A stretch of DNA of 64,000 nucleotides, taken from Takakia lepidozioides. Its lineage: Eukaryota > Plantae > Bryophyta. Below the pieces are notes generated by a model. The model searched no databases and was not told the origin of the DNA. It was given only the letters and a program-made list of their open reading frames with translations. The stretch's first letter is position 1; every line of letters begins with the position of its first letter. The stretch covers positions 71,734,001 through 71,798,000 of the forward strand of contig CM060732.1 of NCBI GenBank assembly GCA_030704615.1. The letters are read 5' to 3'. Positions 25,051 through 37,365 of the stretch are shown here, one piece after another. The position numbers and the translations under genes were made by a program.

Positions 25051-25319
25051 CGAACGTGATATTCGATTATGGTAGCGTTAGGTGAAAAGTAATATTACTC
25101 GTACTGCCGGACGATCATAGCATCCTCGCCGTTCAACACTGTCGGCGACGGATGGTAACTTCTCGTACTTACTGGTTACTCGTACGTGCTTTGATGGGCG
25201 AATGGATGAATGTCGACAGTGGAAGGCTTTTGGTTGGTGGCATGCATTATAGTATACGGTGAGCCACCCGCCACCCTTATTGACGTTTTATCCAGAGCAG
25301 CAAAAAGGTAACAAAGATG

Positions 25320-25510
25320 CTGGCTATTAGCACCTGCTCTGTATCAACTCTCCAGGCAGCCATTTTCTATGACTTGCAAATAGAAGCAAGGAAGGCCTGG
25401 AAAAAGCTACGAGCTGATATTAAAAGGAAACCACGGATCGCAGGTCAACTACACTCTGTCTTAGCCAGGATCGTAGGTCAACTACACTCTGTCTTCGCCA
25501 GGACGTGGGC
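25320..25510 (+). mobile_element. Short L1 ORF2 C-terminal fragment related to 9530-9800
   Basis: IFYDLQIEARKAWKKLRADI matches IFWDLQIEARKAWLKLCADI; contains a ~33-bp tandem duplication (ggatcg.aggtcaactacactctgtctt). Confidence 0.7.
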
Positions 25511-28500
25511 ACCAGCATCCGGGAAATAATTTCAGTTGAACCAGCCAGTAGCCGCTCATTCCCAGCAGCAATCCGCTAAGTGGGTTGGGCACTCGGTTGC
25601 TGCCCCTTAGTGGTAACTATACCCGGTCAATTTCCGAGATAATTTCTTTACAACCGGTAATATTCCTAATGATTTATTTTGTGTTCAGCTATAAATCTGG
25701 CCCTTATAAATATCAACCGGTTTACAATACAAGTGTCAAATGCACAACAATAAGTAAATAATAATAATAATAAATAATCACAACCAGTTTTAAGCATTCA
25801 AACAAGTGAAGAACATTGTATCCTTATAGAAGTTGGACCTGTCAATGCCCTCAAACCACATGGGGCCAAGAATTGAACCAGCGTGGACAGGTGAGCTGTG
25901 ATAGCAAGCAGCGAGTGCAAGCAGGCGCGGGGCTGGGGCTGCGAGAGCAACGTCCAGACTTAGTAGGGTTTGCCCGCGGCCCGCCCTCTTGAGTTCAATA
26001 TTTTTTCACCTAAACACCCTTCCTCGGATGTAACCCGGCCTGGCACGTTGGATTTCTGCCATGTGGTGGACTTCGACGGCCATTTCCGTTTTTTGTAATA
26101 TAAGAAGGGCTGGAATCCGTCCAGGCCTTGCCAACTAAGGCAGATTTCCCGTCTGTAATGAAATGGAAAGGCAAATATCCTTCCTAAAAGTAGGGCACCC
26201 GGTTGATTTCCGCTTCGGCCATTTTTTCCCTCGGATCCATTTCCTGAGGTTTCATATTTCATTCGGAAATTCTGGAATTCAGTCGGCTAGCATGTAACTG
26301 GCTGCCGGTTCTCCCCGGACGTTGGTGGGCACATCAAGGCATTATCTGCTCCAGCTACTCCCAGGACCACTGTGAATGGAACAAGCACCCCCCCCTGCTG
26401 GAGCAACCTCGGTGCATCACTCCACCGCATCGCCTGAGTTCGACAGGTATGTTACACCCCACCAAAAGGAATGGGAAGATTGTGCGGCCTGTGCAGTCAG
26501 GTGCGGAACATGACTGCAAGGTTAAGTCAGCCATTCTTTTAGTGGCGAATAATCGCCAGATTCCTACCTCCCGGGGGTCTTTGCGTCAGGGGTAAAGGGA
26601 AATGAGGCTGAAAAATCATCACTTTTCGCCAAAAGCTTATCTGTTGGGCCCACCATTAGCTAGAGGGGCAGCCACAGGGAGCCACATGGCGCCATACTGA
26701 GTGAAGACAGTTTACAGCCAGATCCCACCGACCACGTGCAGGACATCGCCACATTCCGTTGCCCATTTTTGTATATATATATATATATGGGTAAGTATAG
26801 TATAGTATGTATAGATAGACTTTGTAGTGATAAGTTTATTTCATGTGTATTGGTAGCTTAGTGGTAGAGATCTCCCTATCAAGCCAGCTGACTTGGTGTC
26901 CAATTTCTAACACCTCAACATTTTTTTGATAGCAACCTGGTTTGGATGATAAAGTTCTTAAATATGAAAAAGGTTGCCGCGGAGGAGGGCAAAAGGGTGA
27001 CTGCAGAGGAGGATGATAATCAAAAGGGTGGCAGAGGGTTACAAAAATGGAATGAGAATGTCATTTTTTCATTGTTTTTGGGATGAAAGGACACATGTCA
27101 GCAAGTTTAGGACCTAAAAAACAAAAAAAGCTAAAACACACATCTTCTTCCTTCTTTCATTTTTTTCCTCCCATAAAACACAAAACTAAACATAGTGACA
27201 TATAATCTTCATTACTGTTTACAGGCTTTGTGAGCCAAGTTACTTGGTAATTTTATTTGTATTTCCAAGAGCCTTGCAAACATTGATACTTCTTATCTAT
27301 GTGCCATGTAGCATTAGGTAGGGTCTTTTTGTGCCAGGGTTCAAATATGCCACTTAGTGTAGATTGACTGAAATGCAATATAAGCCAATTTAAGGTTTTC
27401 TACTTATGAATGGTGGTTTAATTTTTTTTGGTGGTGTTTGGCATAATTTCTGCCTAGTCTCCAATGATGCCTAAACCCTCCAATTTGCTATGTCAATTCT
27501 GGGTTATTCGCCTCAACAAGTCTACTAGGTTTTAGGTTCATTCGCCCAATACCCATTCAAAATCTCATATTATCGCCAGCTCCACTACGCATTTTGTACA
27601 AGTGCCAGCATGCTCCTCTAAGGTTAATGGATGCCACTTGTGCTACAATGTAAATACCTTAAAAGAAACGCTGGGTTGAGTCAGCCAGAATCTTGCAGGC
27701 AAGGGTGACATCTACCATGGACCCCCGCCCCCGCGGATTTGATTGTCACTTGGGGCAGGATAAGGCGCATCAGGTTACAGGGTTGTCCGCTGTAGTGTGA
27801 CAGAGAGTCGCGGCGTCACAAGGCCAGGGCAAATCGTGGCGTCGTCAGAATTGCGGGTGCCTTAGGCTATACTTAAGGCTGTTTTTGCACCTCTCACAAC
27901 AAATTTGAAAGGCAATAAAGGACCAAAAAGAAAACTGCCAAGGCAATGATAGAAAAAAATGCCTGTCACCGAAATGCAAAAGAAAAAATAGCTGCTGCAA
28001 TAGAGGCACGGTGGTACGATGGCTTCCGGAAGTTATTCAAAGGTGGGTCAGAAGACCAATTACACAAGAAAAATATTCCACTTGAATGCTATGCAAGCCC
28101 CAATCGGAGACTCAGGCCACCACGCAGATGGTCACCTGTGCATCCCTCCTTTTTCCAAGAAAAAAAGATGACCCCTCAATTTCCTAAAATCTTGTAGGCA
28201 GGTGAATTTATCAGAATTCAAGGCAATCAATACCAGATGGATCATGGTGGGCCATCTCGTCACTAATAAAATAAAATAACATATTTAAAGAAATTAAAAT
28301 CTGCACTTACAGGTGGGAAGGGCTTTTACTGGCCTTTACACCATCTCCCCAAATTTTAGGAAGAGATTATAATGTTTCTTTGGGAAAGTTTTTTTTTTTT
28401 TTTTTTTTTTTTTTTCGCTTGAAAAAAACCTTTATTTACTTTGAGGGGCTTTTCGAATTTCCAAAAAGGGCTACCCCAAATTTTCATAAAAATATAGTAC

Positions 28501-28612
28501 AAATGTAAAGTGCATGCCAAATTTCACATCAAACGAACATTTTACTGCATCTGCTGCTTTGTATGTGTTTTGATGAGGGTTTACATGTCCTAGCAAGCAC
28601 ATTCAAGCCTAA

Positions 28613-29034
28613 GGGCCAACTTCCATCGGCCAAGTTGGCAATAGATGACGAAAATGACACCTTGCTTCCATGCGATAAATTTAGCGGACGACCCGACATG
28701 GGTGAGTGCAATATACGGAAATTTGGCGCCAGAGTTCATGGCCGATAATCGCTTTTGACCTGCTCTACTAGGTTACCATGTCTCTTCTACCTGCTGTGAA
28801 GGTCACCTTTGTGCACATTGCTTCTTGCCAGCCTCATGCTTTGCTTGCGGGACCACCCTTTGACCGGTCAATTGGTCCGGGCACCTTGGACTGCGAGGCA
28901 GACCTAATGCCCGATTCCTCTTAAACCCTATGCACATAAAAGCAACCGTCCGTCCCACCAGTCGGCCATGCTCCACCCACGTCGGTCAACTTTGGATAAC
29001 TTGACCGATTTGGACCAGACATGGAAGTTGGCCG
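28613..29034. mobile_element. PIF/Harbinger-like MITE, 422 bp
   Basis: TIRs GGGCCAACTTCCAT / ATGGAAGTTGGCCG; TAA TSD at 28610-28612 and 29035-29037; second partial copy at 5047-5306. Confidence 0.88.
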
Positions 29035-29892
29035 TAAGGCTTTCCTCCAAACCATGTCATCCCAAAAACCATTATTACACAAATCCCTTTGGTGAGGGGC
29101 TGTCTTACAATGCCCATAAGCAAGAGGATCTCTAGGCTGAAAACCCGAAATTCAAATAGGTCAAGTAGCATGGAACAATTTTGGCATCGCTGGCCTGGTA
29201 TGCTTCAATGGCCCAATGAGGGGACCCCGTTTCTAGTCAACCCTATAAAATTTTGACCTTCGTCCCTTTAGAAAAATCTGGAGGTGGGGACTGCTCCAAA
29301 TGGCATGCAATAAATTGGAGCGGGTGGGCCACCTCATGCGCTATAAATGCTCAAAATGAAAAGTTAGGATGGTCCCTCCGACAGCGCCACGTGGTGTAGG
29401 AAGTTAACCGGTTAAAACCGGCATTCTCAAAAGGAGAAGGTGGAGCCTTCCTATCAAATGTAAAGCACTACCAGAAATTTTTTAGTGTATTTGGACGTCT
29501 GTTTATTCAAGTGAAGATTTGAGGCGAGTCCAGATAGGGCGTTACGCGTTCTGTGAACATCTTCCAACAGGATGGACCACTTGAATGATGACGCGTCAGC
29601 GAAGGATGATGACGTCAACTGAAAAATTCCTGGCCGTGCTTTACGCTGGTAAGTCCCTGGACCGAGGCCATTCACTGATCTGATTTGAGGGCACCTACGA
29701 GGGCGGCAGCCCTATAGATAGCGTTCATCCTCATAAGCAATGCCATTTCGCCACGTCACCCAAAGAGGCTTTATGACACCTATAGATGGATATGTGCCAC
29801 AAACGGAAGCAGGCTGCTTACGTATCACGTGCCTATATGACACGGGCATGTCGGCCCCACCATGTTGCAGCCCAAGTGCCAATCGCAAACCC

Positions 29893-29950
29893 CGTGTGCA
29901 GAAAGGGCGGCTACAAGCACGTGTGCAGAAAGGGCGGCTACAAGCACGTG
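29893..29950. repeat. 27-bp tandem repeat x2
   Basis: cgtgtgcagaaagggcggctacaagca repeated head to tail. Confidence 0.9.
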
Positions 29951-30599
29951 CGCATAAGGGACGTTGGCCACGTCAGAGTAGGCGAAGGCTGCGGCCATGG
30001 TGGGTGGCGAGTATGTACCGCATAGATACATAAAGCCGGGTCTGGAACGTTGCAGACTCGATGCAATGCAGAGCTTTACAGCAGTGAGAGGGTGGATTGC
30101 GGGCGGGGGCAGCACGCTAGGAGCACAAAGCTAGATCACAAAGGATATATAATTTGTGGTGATTTGTATGGGGATTCGGGAATGCCTTCCTGGATGCCGG
30201 AAAATCCAGAAAAGGCTGGCCCCACTACAGGGGTTTCCCCGTGCATAAAGAAACTCAAATTTTTTTGCTATCTTTAAGCTCTCTTTGTACCTTATATCAC
30301 TTTGAAAGATGCAGGTTGTAAACATAAAGACATTGCAAGAAGTCTAAAAGTGGAGGGGTGCCTAAGATCAATGCCTGGTTTGTGGACAGCCCGAAGACAG
30401 ACTCCATTTCTGTTACAAAGAAGACGGCAACCACAAAGTATGGACTGGGTACGTATTTATAGGCATCCACGAGTTACATAATTGGACAGAATAACATACT
30501 TCTTTCGTCGGGAGTTGGCAACGCTTATTGTTGTTCGCTATCATTTCACACCCTCACTGTACGATCATACGATACTCTTCACTCAGCAGTTCTCGTGTA

Positions 30600-30669
30600 C
30601 TCTGATTTCGGAGAGACCAGTGGCAGTGCTCAGTCAGCGGCACTGCCATTGGTCTCTCCGAAATCAGAG
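30600..30669. other. Near-perfect 30-bp-arm hairpin
   Basis: ctctgatttcggagagaccagtggcagtgc, 10-nt loop, gcactgccattggtctctccgaaatcagag; a single G-T position. Confidence 0.9.
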
Positions 30670-30914
30670 CACCCTAGAAACCCGACAGGAAGTGGATCAG
30701 AAGGTTGAAAGAGGGATTCCAGATATATGCTGGTTCCTACGAATTTACAGAATTGGTATCCAGTATCCACGTGAGATCAGTTTGCAAGACCTGATGTGAT
30801 GTGCGACCTGATGTGATGTGCGACAGTTGAAATTGGTGACCCGCAGCAAGAGATGATTGAGATCGTACAAAGATCTACGAAGTTTCTTGCAGGCGTTAGA
30901 CATGGGCAAGCTTG

Positions 30915-31421
30915 TTAGTAAAGCATGGAGTTTCTGCACAGGGGACAAGAGAAGGTCCCACTTCTCTCCCAAGTCCTCACGCAGGCGGAATGAAACTCGT
31001 GACCACATGCGGCGGTATAGAGGGAGTCTGAGGGAGAAGTTATATCCTCGAAGCACATCGGGCAATCGTCAGTCTTAAATGACGCATCATCACTTTCCTC
31101 ATTCCGCAGAGACCACCGGCGTGGAAGCCTCTTGGTAGTGATGATGAGGGTGCTCCAATCTGCAGAATTTTTCCCTCCGTCGTCATCGAACAGTTCGTAC
31201 TTGCTGCCAGTAACCTGCCAGTGGCTCATCATGTCAAGGGATCCGATTCTTGCCTTGCGACCCTCGAACATCCACATGCACTTGCGGAATGCACATGTTG
31301 CAGCCTCAACCCTCTTCTTGCAAACTGGACAATGAACCTCCTCTGCGATGTTGAAAACAGTGTAGCCCTTCCTGCAGATTACCCGCTGCCCATAGGCACT
31401 GCATTTCCTCCTGCGTTTATC
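30915..31421 (-). CDS. Exon or fragment encoding an uncharacterised Cys-rich domain plus a C-terminal RING-H2 finger
   Basis: Frame is open from 31421, 48 codons upstream of the ORF-track Met: CSAYGQRVICRKGYTVFNIAEEVHCPVCKKRVEAATCAFRKCMWMFEGRK...WSTLIITTKR, then CPMC-x16-CGHEFHSAC-x11-CPLC (C3H2C3). Confidence 0.75.
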   Translation of the reverse strand, partial: DKRRRKCSAYGQRVICRKGYTVFNIAEEVHCPVCKKRVEAATCAFRKCMWMFEGRKARIGSLDMMSHWQVTGSKYELFDDDGGKNSADWSTLIITTKRLPRRWSLRNEESDDASFKTDDCPMCFEDITSPSDSLYTAACGHEFHSACVRTWERSGTFSCPLCRNSMLY

Positions 31422-34258
31422 TCATTTTTTGAGACACCAGCGACGGTGACCTCAGTATAATCAAATCCATAGATCTTGCTAAATTTAAATACTCATCAAT
31501 GAGTAGTTCATAAGGATGCAATCTGCTTTTTATACTATCAGTGTTAGATTTTATGTTCCGGAAGTTCTAAACGACTCGCACTTCAGTGATTTTTTCAATA
31601 TCAAGGTGATGTTAAGATGTGCCAATGTTCTTGGATTGAAGCTGTTGATTCCCTTGTGTACTTGTCACCACCGAAATGTGGCTTGTACCAGTTGAGCATC
31701 TGTGAAGAAAAGAGGAGAAGAGCCTAATCGAGATCAAAATTAATTGATTTTTGTGTAAGTGTGTTCCTATCAGATTTGTGAGTGTGTTCCTTATCGAGGT
31801 TATTTTTTCCTCGCTTCTTTAATTTGAGTAACAGGGCCTCCCTCCCCTTTCTTTTTTCCGTCCAAACTTTTTGCCTTGTGTGTGAAGCGATGCTGATGGA
31901 GCTATGGTGCTATTTCCTGGTCTGTGCGAAAAAAGAAAAAGATTTGTGCACATATGTAGAGTTTTGGGTCATTGAGACTGCATGATTCTAGGATTCATGA
32001 CAGTACGAGAATGGCTTCTCACGGGCTGAGTGCTAGTGTAAAGCAAGCCAACAATCCTTTTCTTGCATGAAGTGGTCAGATCTCTCAGAATCCCTCCACA
32101 GGACTCCAGAGTCCAGGAGGCAACATTAACGTAACTCCATGAGGGTCAAAGATTGTTACTACTGGCTTCTGCCGGAAACTAAGAATCTAAGGTTGGTACC
32201 AGACTAGCGACCGGACCAAGCTTTAAAATGTGGCTCTTGTCCCCCTCTTTGCTCTTTACATAGATGCCATGTCAGCAAGAGCCACCACTAGCCACTGGAC
32301 AAACCTCGCAGCTAAAAAGCGGACGAATGGTGCAGGTGCACAAACCATGTGTATCTCTCTCTCTCTCTTTGTTTAGAATTTCTTGTTGAAAGTACACTAC
32401 ACACTGTCATGGAGCCTTCGGAAAGAGCTCCTCTGCAACACTTGCTCTTTAGATTTTACAGTTCATGTGAAGGTCATGCATGAGATATTGATTTGCAAAT
32501 ATGTCATGCACCTGTTGAAGATAAGTCTTCATGATTCATGGCTTCGTGACACTAGAGAGGAGGGACTGCTGTAGAGCAAGGTAGGAGTAGATGGAGCCAT
32601 CATAAAGAGGGGGAGAGAGCCGTCGGGAGGATTCAATTGGTGAACAAAGAGGATTCAATTGGTTTTGTTCACCGGAGAAGATTTGGGGCCTGCTCCTACC
32701 ATGGCCCCAAATTTGTTTTGCTTTGTAGGGACTTTTGCTTCTGTATATTTGTGTGAACTTGCATGATCAAGGTAGATGCTTGGCAGGTGATTTCACTGGT
32801 TGCTGCTAGGGCATGCTCTTAATAAGTTGATCTGTGCTCCTGGCAAAGCTGCTCTTCCCACATAATGAGAAGGCCTGTGGAAAGTGCAGAGTAGTCACTG
32901 ACCATTCCAGAATTTAATCAACCTCTAAACACGAAAGTATTGAGCCCAGTCTGATGAACATGATGAAGGCAGGCGTAAGCTCGATGGTGAGAGCTCACAT
33001 TGGAGCTAACCTCAGCGACAAGCTGTTTGAGCGTGTGGGACAAATCCAGTCTGAGGCCCATTTTTATATAAGAGGGAGGAAACAGGAAACAACCAAAAAA
33101 CGGCCGAGTACAGTATTTCCATGCCCTTCGTGCTCCGTCAAGTATCATCTAATCCGGGTTATAGTACGGCCACCATGCCTCACCCTCTCCTGGGATTATG
33201 CCAAAGGTTTGCTACAAGGCCCAATGCAAGCCGGGTAGTCTATTAGGAAAGGTGGAGGGCCGTCCTACACAAGGGTGTCGAAGGTCATAGGTGGCCTTAG
33301 AGGTCGGTGAAGGCCTGCGACTCTCTCTGGGGGCTGGAATTTGGGTAATTCCCAATGAGTATCTTTTTCAATACTCTCATAGCGCTGCCAGCTTCCCCTC
33401 ATTGTCACGAACATTCGGTACAAGTAACTGCCAATATAGAAACTTGGGCAGCCCATTACAATGTCTACTGCCGGGGTAGGATTAATCTTCAATTGCCCCA
33501 CTGCCCACATGTAAGCTACCAGCTCCTTGTATTCCAGGTTGAACCTGGTTTCGGTACTCACTAAAGTAGGATCACCTCTGAGCATGTGTCCACCCCCTTC
33601 TCCTCCACCCCACTCTGATTCCCTCTGTCCCCACCCTCCTGAATCTCTGCAGAGAGGCCTACATCCGCTGCCGCACTCTCTTGGTCATCACTGTGCTTAC
33701 TCCATGTTTCGCTATCAAATCGAACAAGGACAAGGACAAACAAAACCAGTGGAACTGAACACCTGCACCGCAACACCCAGCCACCAGTGGTACCGTAGGA
33801 GAAAGAGTTCACCGGAGTCCAGGGATTTTATGGGAAGAGAGAGAGAGAGAGAGATGTAGGTAACCATACATAATGCACCAAATGAGGTTAAGTCCATGAC
33901 ATTGTAGAGATGCAAACCACTTGTGCTTGAAGGTAAAACTTGAGCAAGCTGTAGAATGAGCAGCATGTACAATATCAGAAAATTTTAGTGCAATGTGTGA
34001 GCAATAACAGCAGGAGTCCAAACAATTTGTCAAGCTAGCTTAACATTTCGGCTACTGTAGAGTAAGCTTAAGGTCTCCAGACTATGTTCTGAAATCACTC
34101 ACAACCATAACCAAGGTTGTCACTGCACTCAATGACCAAGTGGCAAACACACTATACACTTCTCAAATGTTAGACCAGCTTAAGTCACTTAAGGAGAGAC
34201 CAAAAGAACTGGACCCTCTTCTCTCAGCCAACCATTTCGTCCAAACCAAGCTCCTGAG

Positions 34259-35200
34259 TTAAACAAGGTGGACTTCTCTCAATTTGGTGTTGCTTTCAGA
34301 GCACCACTCCTCTGTGCGTCCTTCACCAAGTTTTTGAAGGCTCTTTGACCTTTTTGATGTTCTCATCAGATACGTCAGATAACCAGAAACCATGTGGGGG
34401 AACAGTTTGAAAGGAAGAGTCCTCAGAGTTATGAGGAGCTGAGTACATGCATTGAAGGTCTTTTCTGACCAGGTCAATGGCTCGGGCAGCTTCCTCTTCC
34501 GAATCAAAAGTTCCAACCCAAATCTTTTTGTTAACAGCATTCCACGCTGGTACCCGGAGTTCAGCTACATATTTTCCTGGATCTGGACGAAAACGGACTG
34601 GGTCATAGTTGTGGATGTCTGTGGTGCCAGAATACGAACCCCCCAGCCCTCCACTTCCAATTATGTTGTCAGGTTGCTGATCATAAGACCCAGCAACTTC
34701 ACTGGGAAGAAACATCTCAGGTAGAAAAATTCTTTTTGCGGTGGAATCGCCTCCTACTTGATTGGCATCACTTCCTGGGAGACCATCAGTCAACACAACT
34801 GGCTGTTCCTGCGGTTTGCAGACAAGGGTATCAGTGGTGAAAACAGGAAACACCTGGGTTTTATTCAACATCTCCACTTGGCTACCTAGCAGTACTTGCC
34901 GAGTATGGCAATATGTCCATTAGTACTGCATGATTGCCAACAATCAACCATTCTAAAAGTAGCACATATTTGCTGACCTTCTGTTGGTTGTGGGCGGCAT
35001 AATTGGTTGTTAATTGATCATGCAGGACTAATGGACATTGCATTAAATTGTCTTGAACATTAGTGTCCGATTCCTGCAAATGGAGGCAGCGGTAAGTAAC
35101 TGCATAGTTCATCCTCTGAAGGTGGGTCAGATGCTGAGAGCACAGCTTGTAAATCACCATGAAAATAGTTGCTGTTCAGAGTCAACCTCCACAAATATCA
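34259..35200 (-). pseudogene. Atypical AP2 gene, copy B (damaged)
   Basis: DPVRFRPDPGKYVAELRVPAWNAVNKKIWVGTFDSEEEAARAIDLVRKDL; frame diverges after NIKKVK; N-terminal exon shortened and out of frame relative to copy A. Confidence 0.75.
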
Positions 35201-37074
35201 GACCATACATGCATAACAGCATATGTTTAACATGTTTGCCTCAGTTACCTAGATCTTCCAACATTTAGGTTTAACTGTAGAAAGAAAAGCACAACCAATA
35301 ACTTCCGTACTTTTTAATTACAGAGAAATAACTCCTGGATCACTTAACTATACAGTTCAGCAAAAGCAAACTGGAGCTCCTGTCACTGTGGCTTACATAT
35401 CTTAGATGGGCAGTTTCTCACCCCCTCGGCCCCCTTTCTAGACCAGTAACCATAAGTTAAACACTCTGGCGCCCTTTCAATCGAACGACCATATTTCCAG
35501 GCTTATTAGTTATGTTCATGGGCTTCACACTGTACAAAACAGCCGAGTGTCCGTAGTTCTTGGCGCTTTCATAGAAACCATGGCCATGCAATTAGACTCC
35601 CCCATGTAAGATGAATTTGCAGTAGCTCCAACCCTTCACCAAATACTCTGAGAAGGCTGAACTTTACTACCTGCTCATGTATAGAAATAGTTATGAACAC
35701 CCACGTTACAATCAAGTACGTAAGCAAAAGCTTATCCTTTTGCAAGCATTGCAAACCACTGAAGTACAACCCCTAGTATACGGAAGCGATGGTACGCTCC
35801 CTGCCTCTAAGGGTGGCTCGTAGCCCAGACTTTCATTCGAATCACAGTCAATTCATCATGAAAACTCTAAATTGCATCAAGAAACATTACTGGCGTTGCA
35901 CTCATAAACGCTAGCGGAATGCAATTTCCAACTGAGTTGTGGAACAATTAGCTTACAAATTAGGGTTCCACTGAGAGACATACACACACCCTAAGCGATC
36001 CAGAAAACGCTGGAATAATCCGTGACCAAACACAAAGTCAAACGTAGAGGAAAATCCAAGAGATCTAACTGAAACACTGGGAACAGAGCCACCGCGCAGG
36101 GGGCTGTGGGTACTTGATCGTCGTTGCAGGCGTGTTCTCCCTGCCGAGTTCACAGCGATGAAAGAAAGAGCTGCATTCAAATTTAAACTAATAAAACTTC
36201 AGTTTTCCGTTTGTTAACTGTGAGAGATTACAACCGGAAGGATACTTGCCATCCCCATTGAACAAACAGAGCTCGACCTGAGATTTTGTTTGCCGAGAAT
36301 GGTGTCCTCGGTCTGAGTCCGATACAAGCAGCATTCTGAATGCAGAACAGGGCACTGAGCACGCTTGACACTCCGCGAATTGACGATAAGCTCAGGCACT
36401 CGATCCGGCAGCTTTCCGAGCTTATATTGAACACTGCAGTCCTCGCCCGCCTCAATCGCTTTGCAGACGATCTTCTGCCTCTCTCTTTCCCAAACCTCCC
36501 TCCTCGATTACATTACTTGCAAGGTATGATCGCAGGGAAACAATTCTCTCTCTCTCTGTCTGACTTTAAAGTTCCCGTCTTCATGTCATCAATGCGCGAT
36601 AGACTCTGTAGAAGTGAACTTTAGAGCGAGCACTCAGCACTGATAGCCTTCCACACGTGCGGGATGGATGGACAGCTGCTAGACACATCTACAATTTTTC
36701 GTACTTTTTCCGTACGTATGGACTACAGGGAATGAGGCCCTGACAACCGTGCCTCCTCCATTGACAATGCAAATTTCATTCACAGGCAGCGAGCCGCGAC
36801 GTCTCGATTATTCATCCATATGAAAAGTCTCATCCGTGATATCGTCCAGCTGGCTGGCGGCGATGACTCCGGATAAATTTTCGTATTCAACCTTGTCAGT
36901 AGATGGATAGTATTTCGTATAGTATTTGACAGTATACGAATTGTAGGCGACAGACCTATAGCATTCGACATACCCTACTAGTCTAAACGTAGTCTTTCCA
37001 TAGCCGTCTAGGAGCCCTTATTAGCTGCCTGTGGGGCCAAAATCGGCCTAACCAAGTGCCCGTCGGGTAACCCC

Positions 37075-37365
37075 TTAAAAGCAGGTGTGGCAGATTCTGC
37101 CACTTTTTCGGCCTAATTCTCAGGCCGAATCGGCCACCCAGGGCAGAATCGGCAGGGATGGCCGATTACGCAGAGGATTACGCAGAGGACGGCAGACCTA
37201 CCACCCAGGCCCATGGCATCAGTCAACAACCTACCAGCCGTCCCCTGATACTCGCCCCCTTTATATCCTCTCCGGGGCTCTGAATCTGGGCAATCGATAT
37301 GGGATAATCGAACCTCAATCATATTGCGCCACGTAGCGGCGAGAATCCGCCACACCTGCTTTTAA
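37075..37365. mobile_element. MITE-like element with ~24-bp terminal inverted repeats
   Basis: ttaaaagcaggtgtggcagattct ... agaatccgccacacctgcttttaa; TSD ambiguous (TA, TWA or TTAA). Confidence 0.8.

Noticed and set aside
30030-30130. Helitron Rep zinc-finger remnant (RCNAELYSSERVDCGRG)
   Set aside because: The similarity is too short and no other Rep/helicase motifs are nearby.
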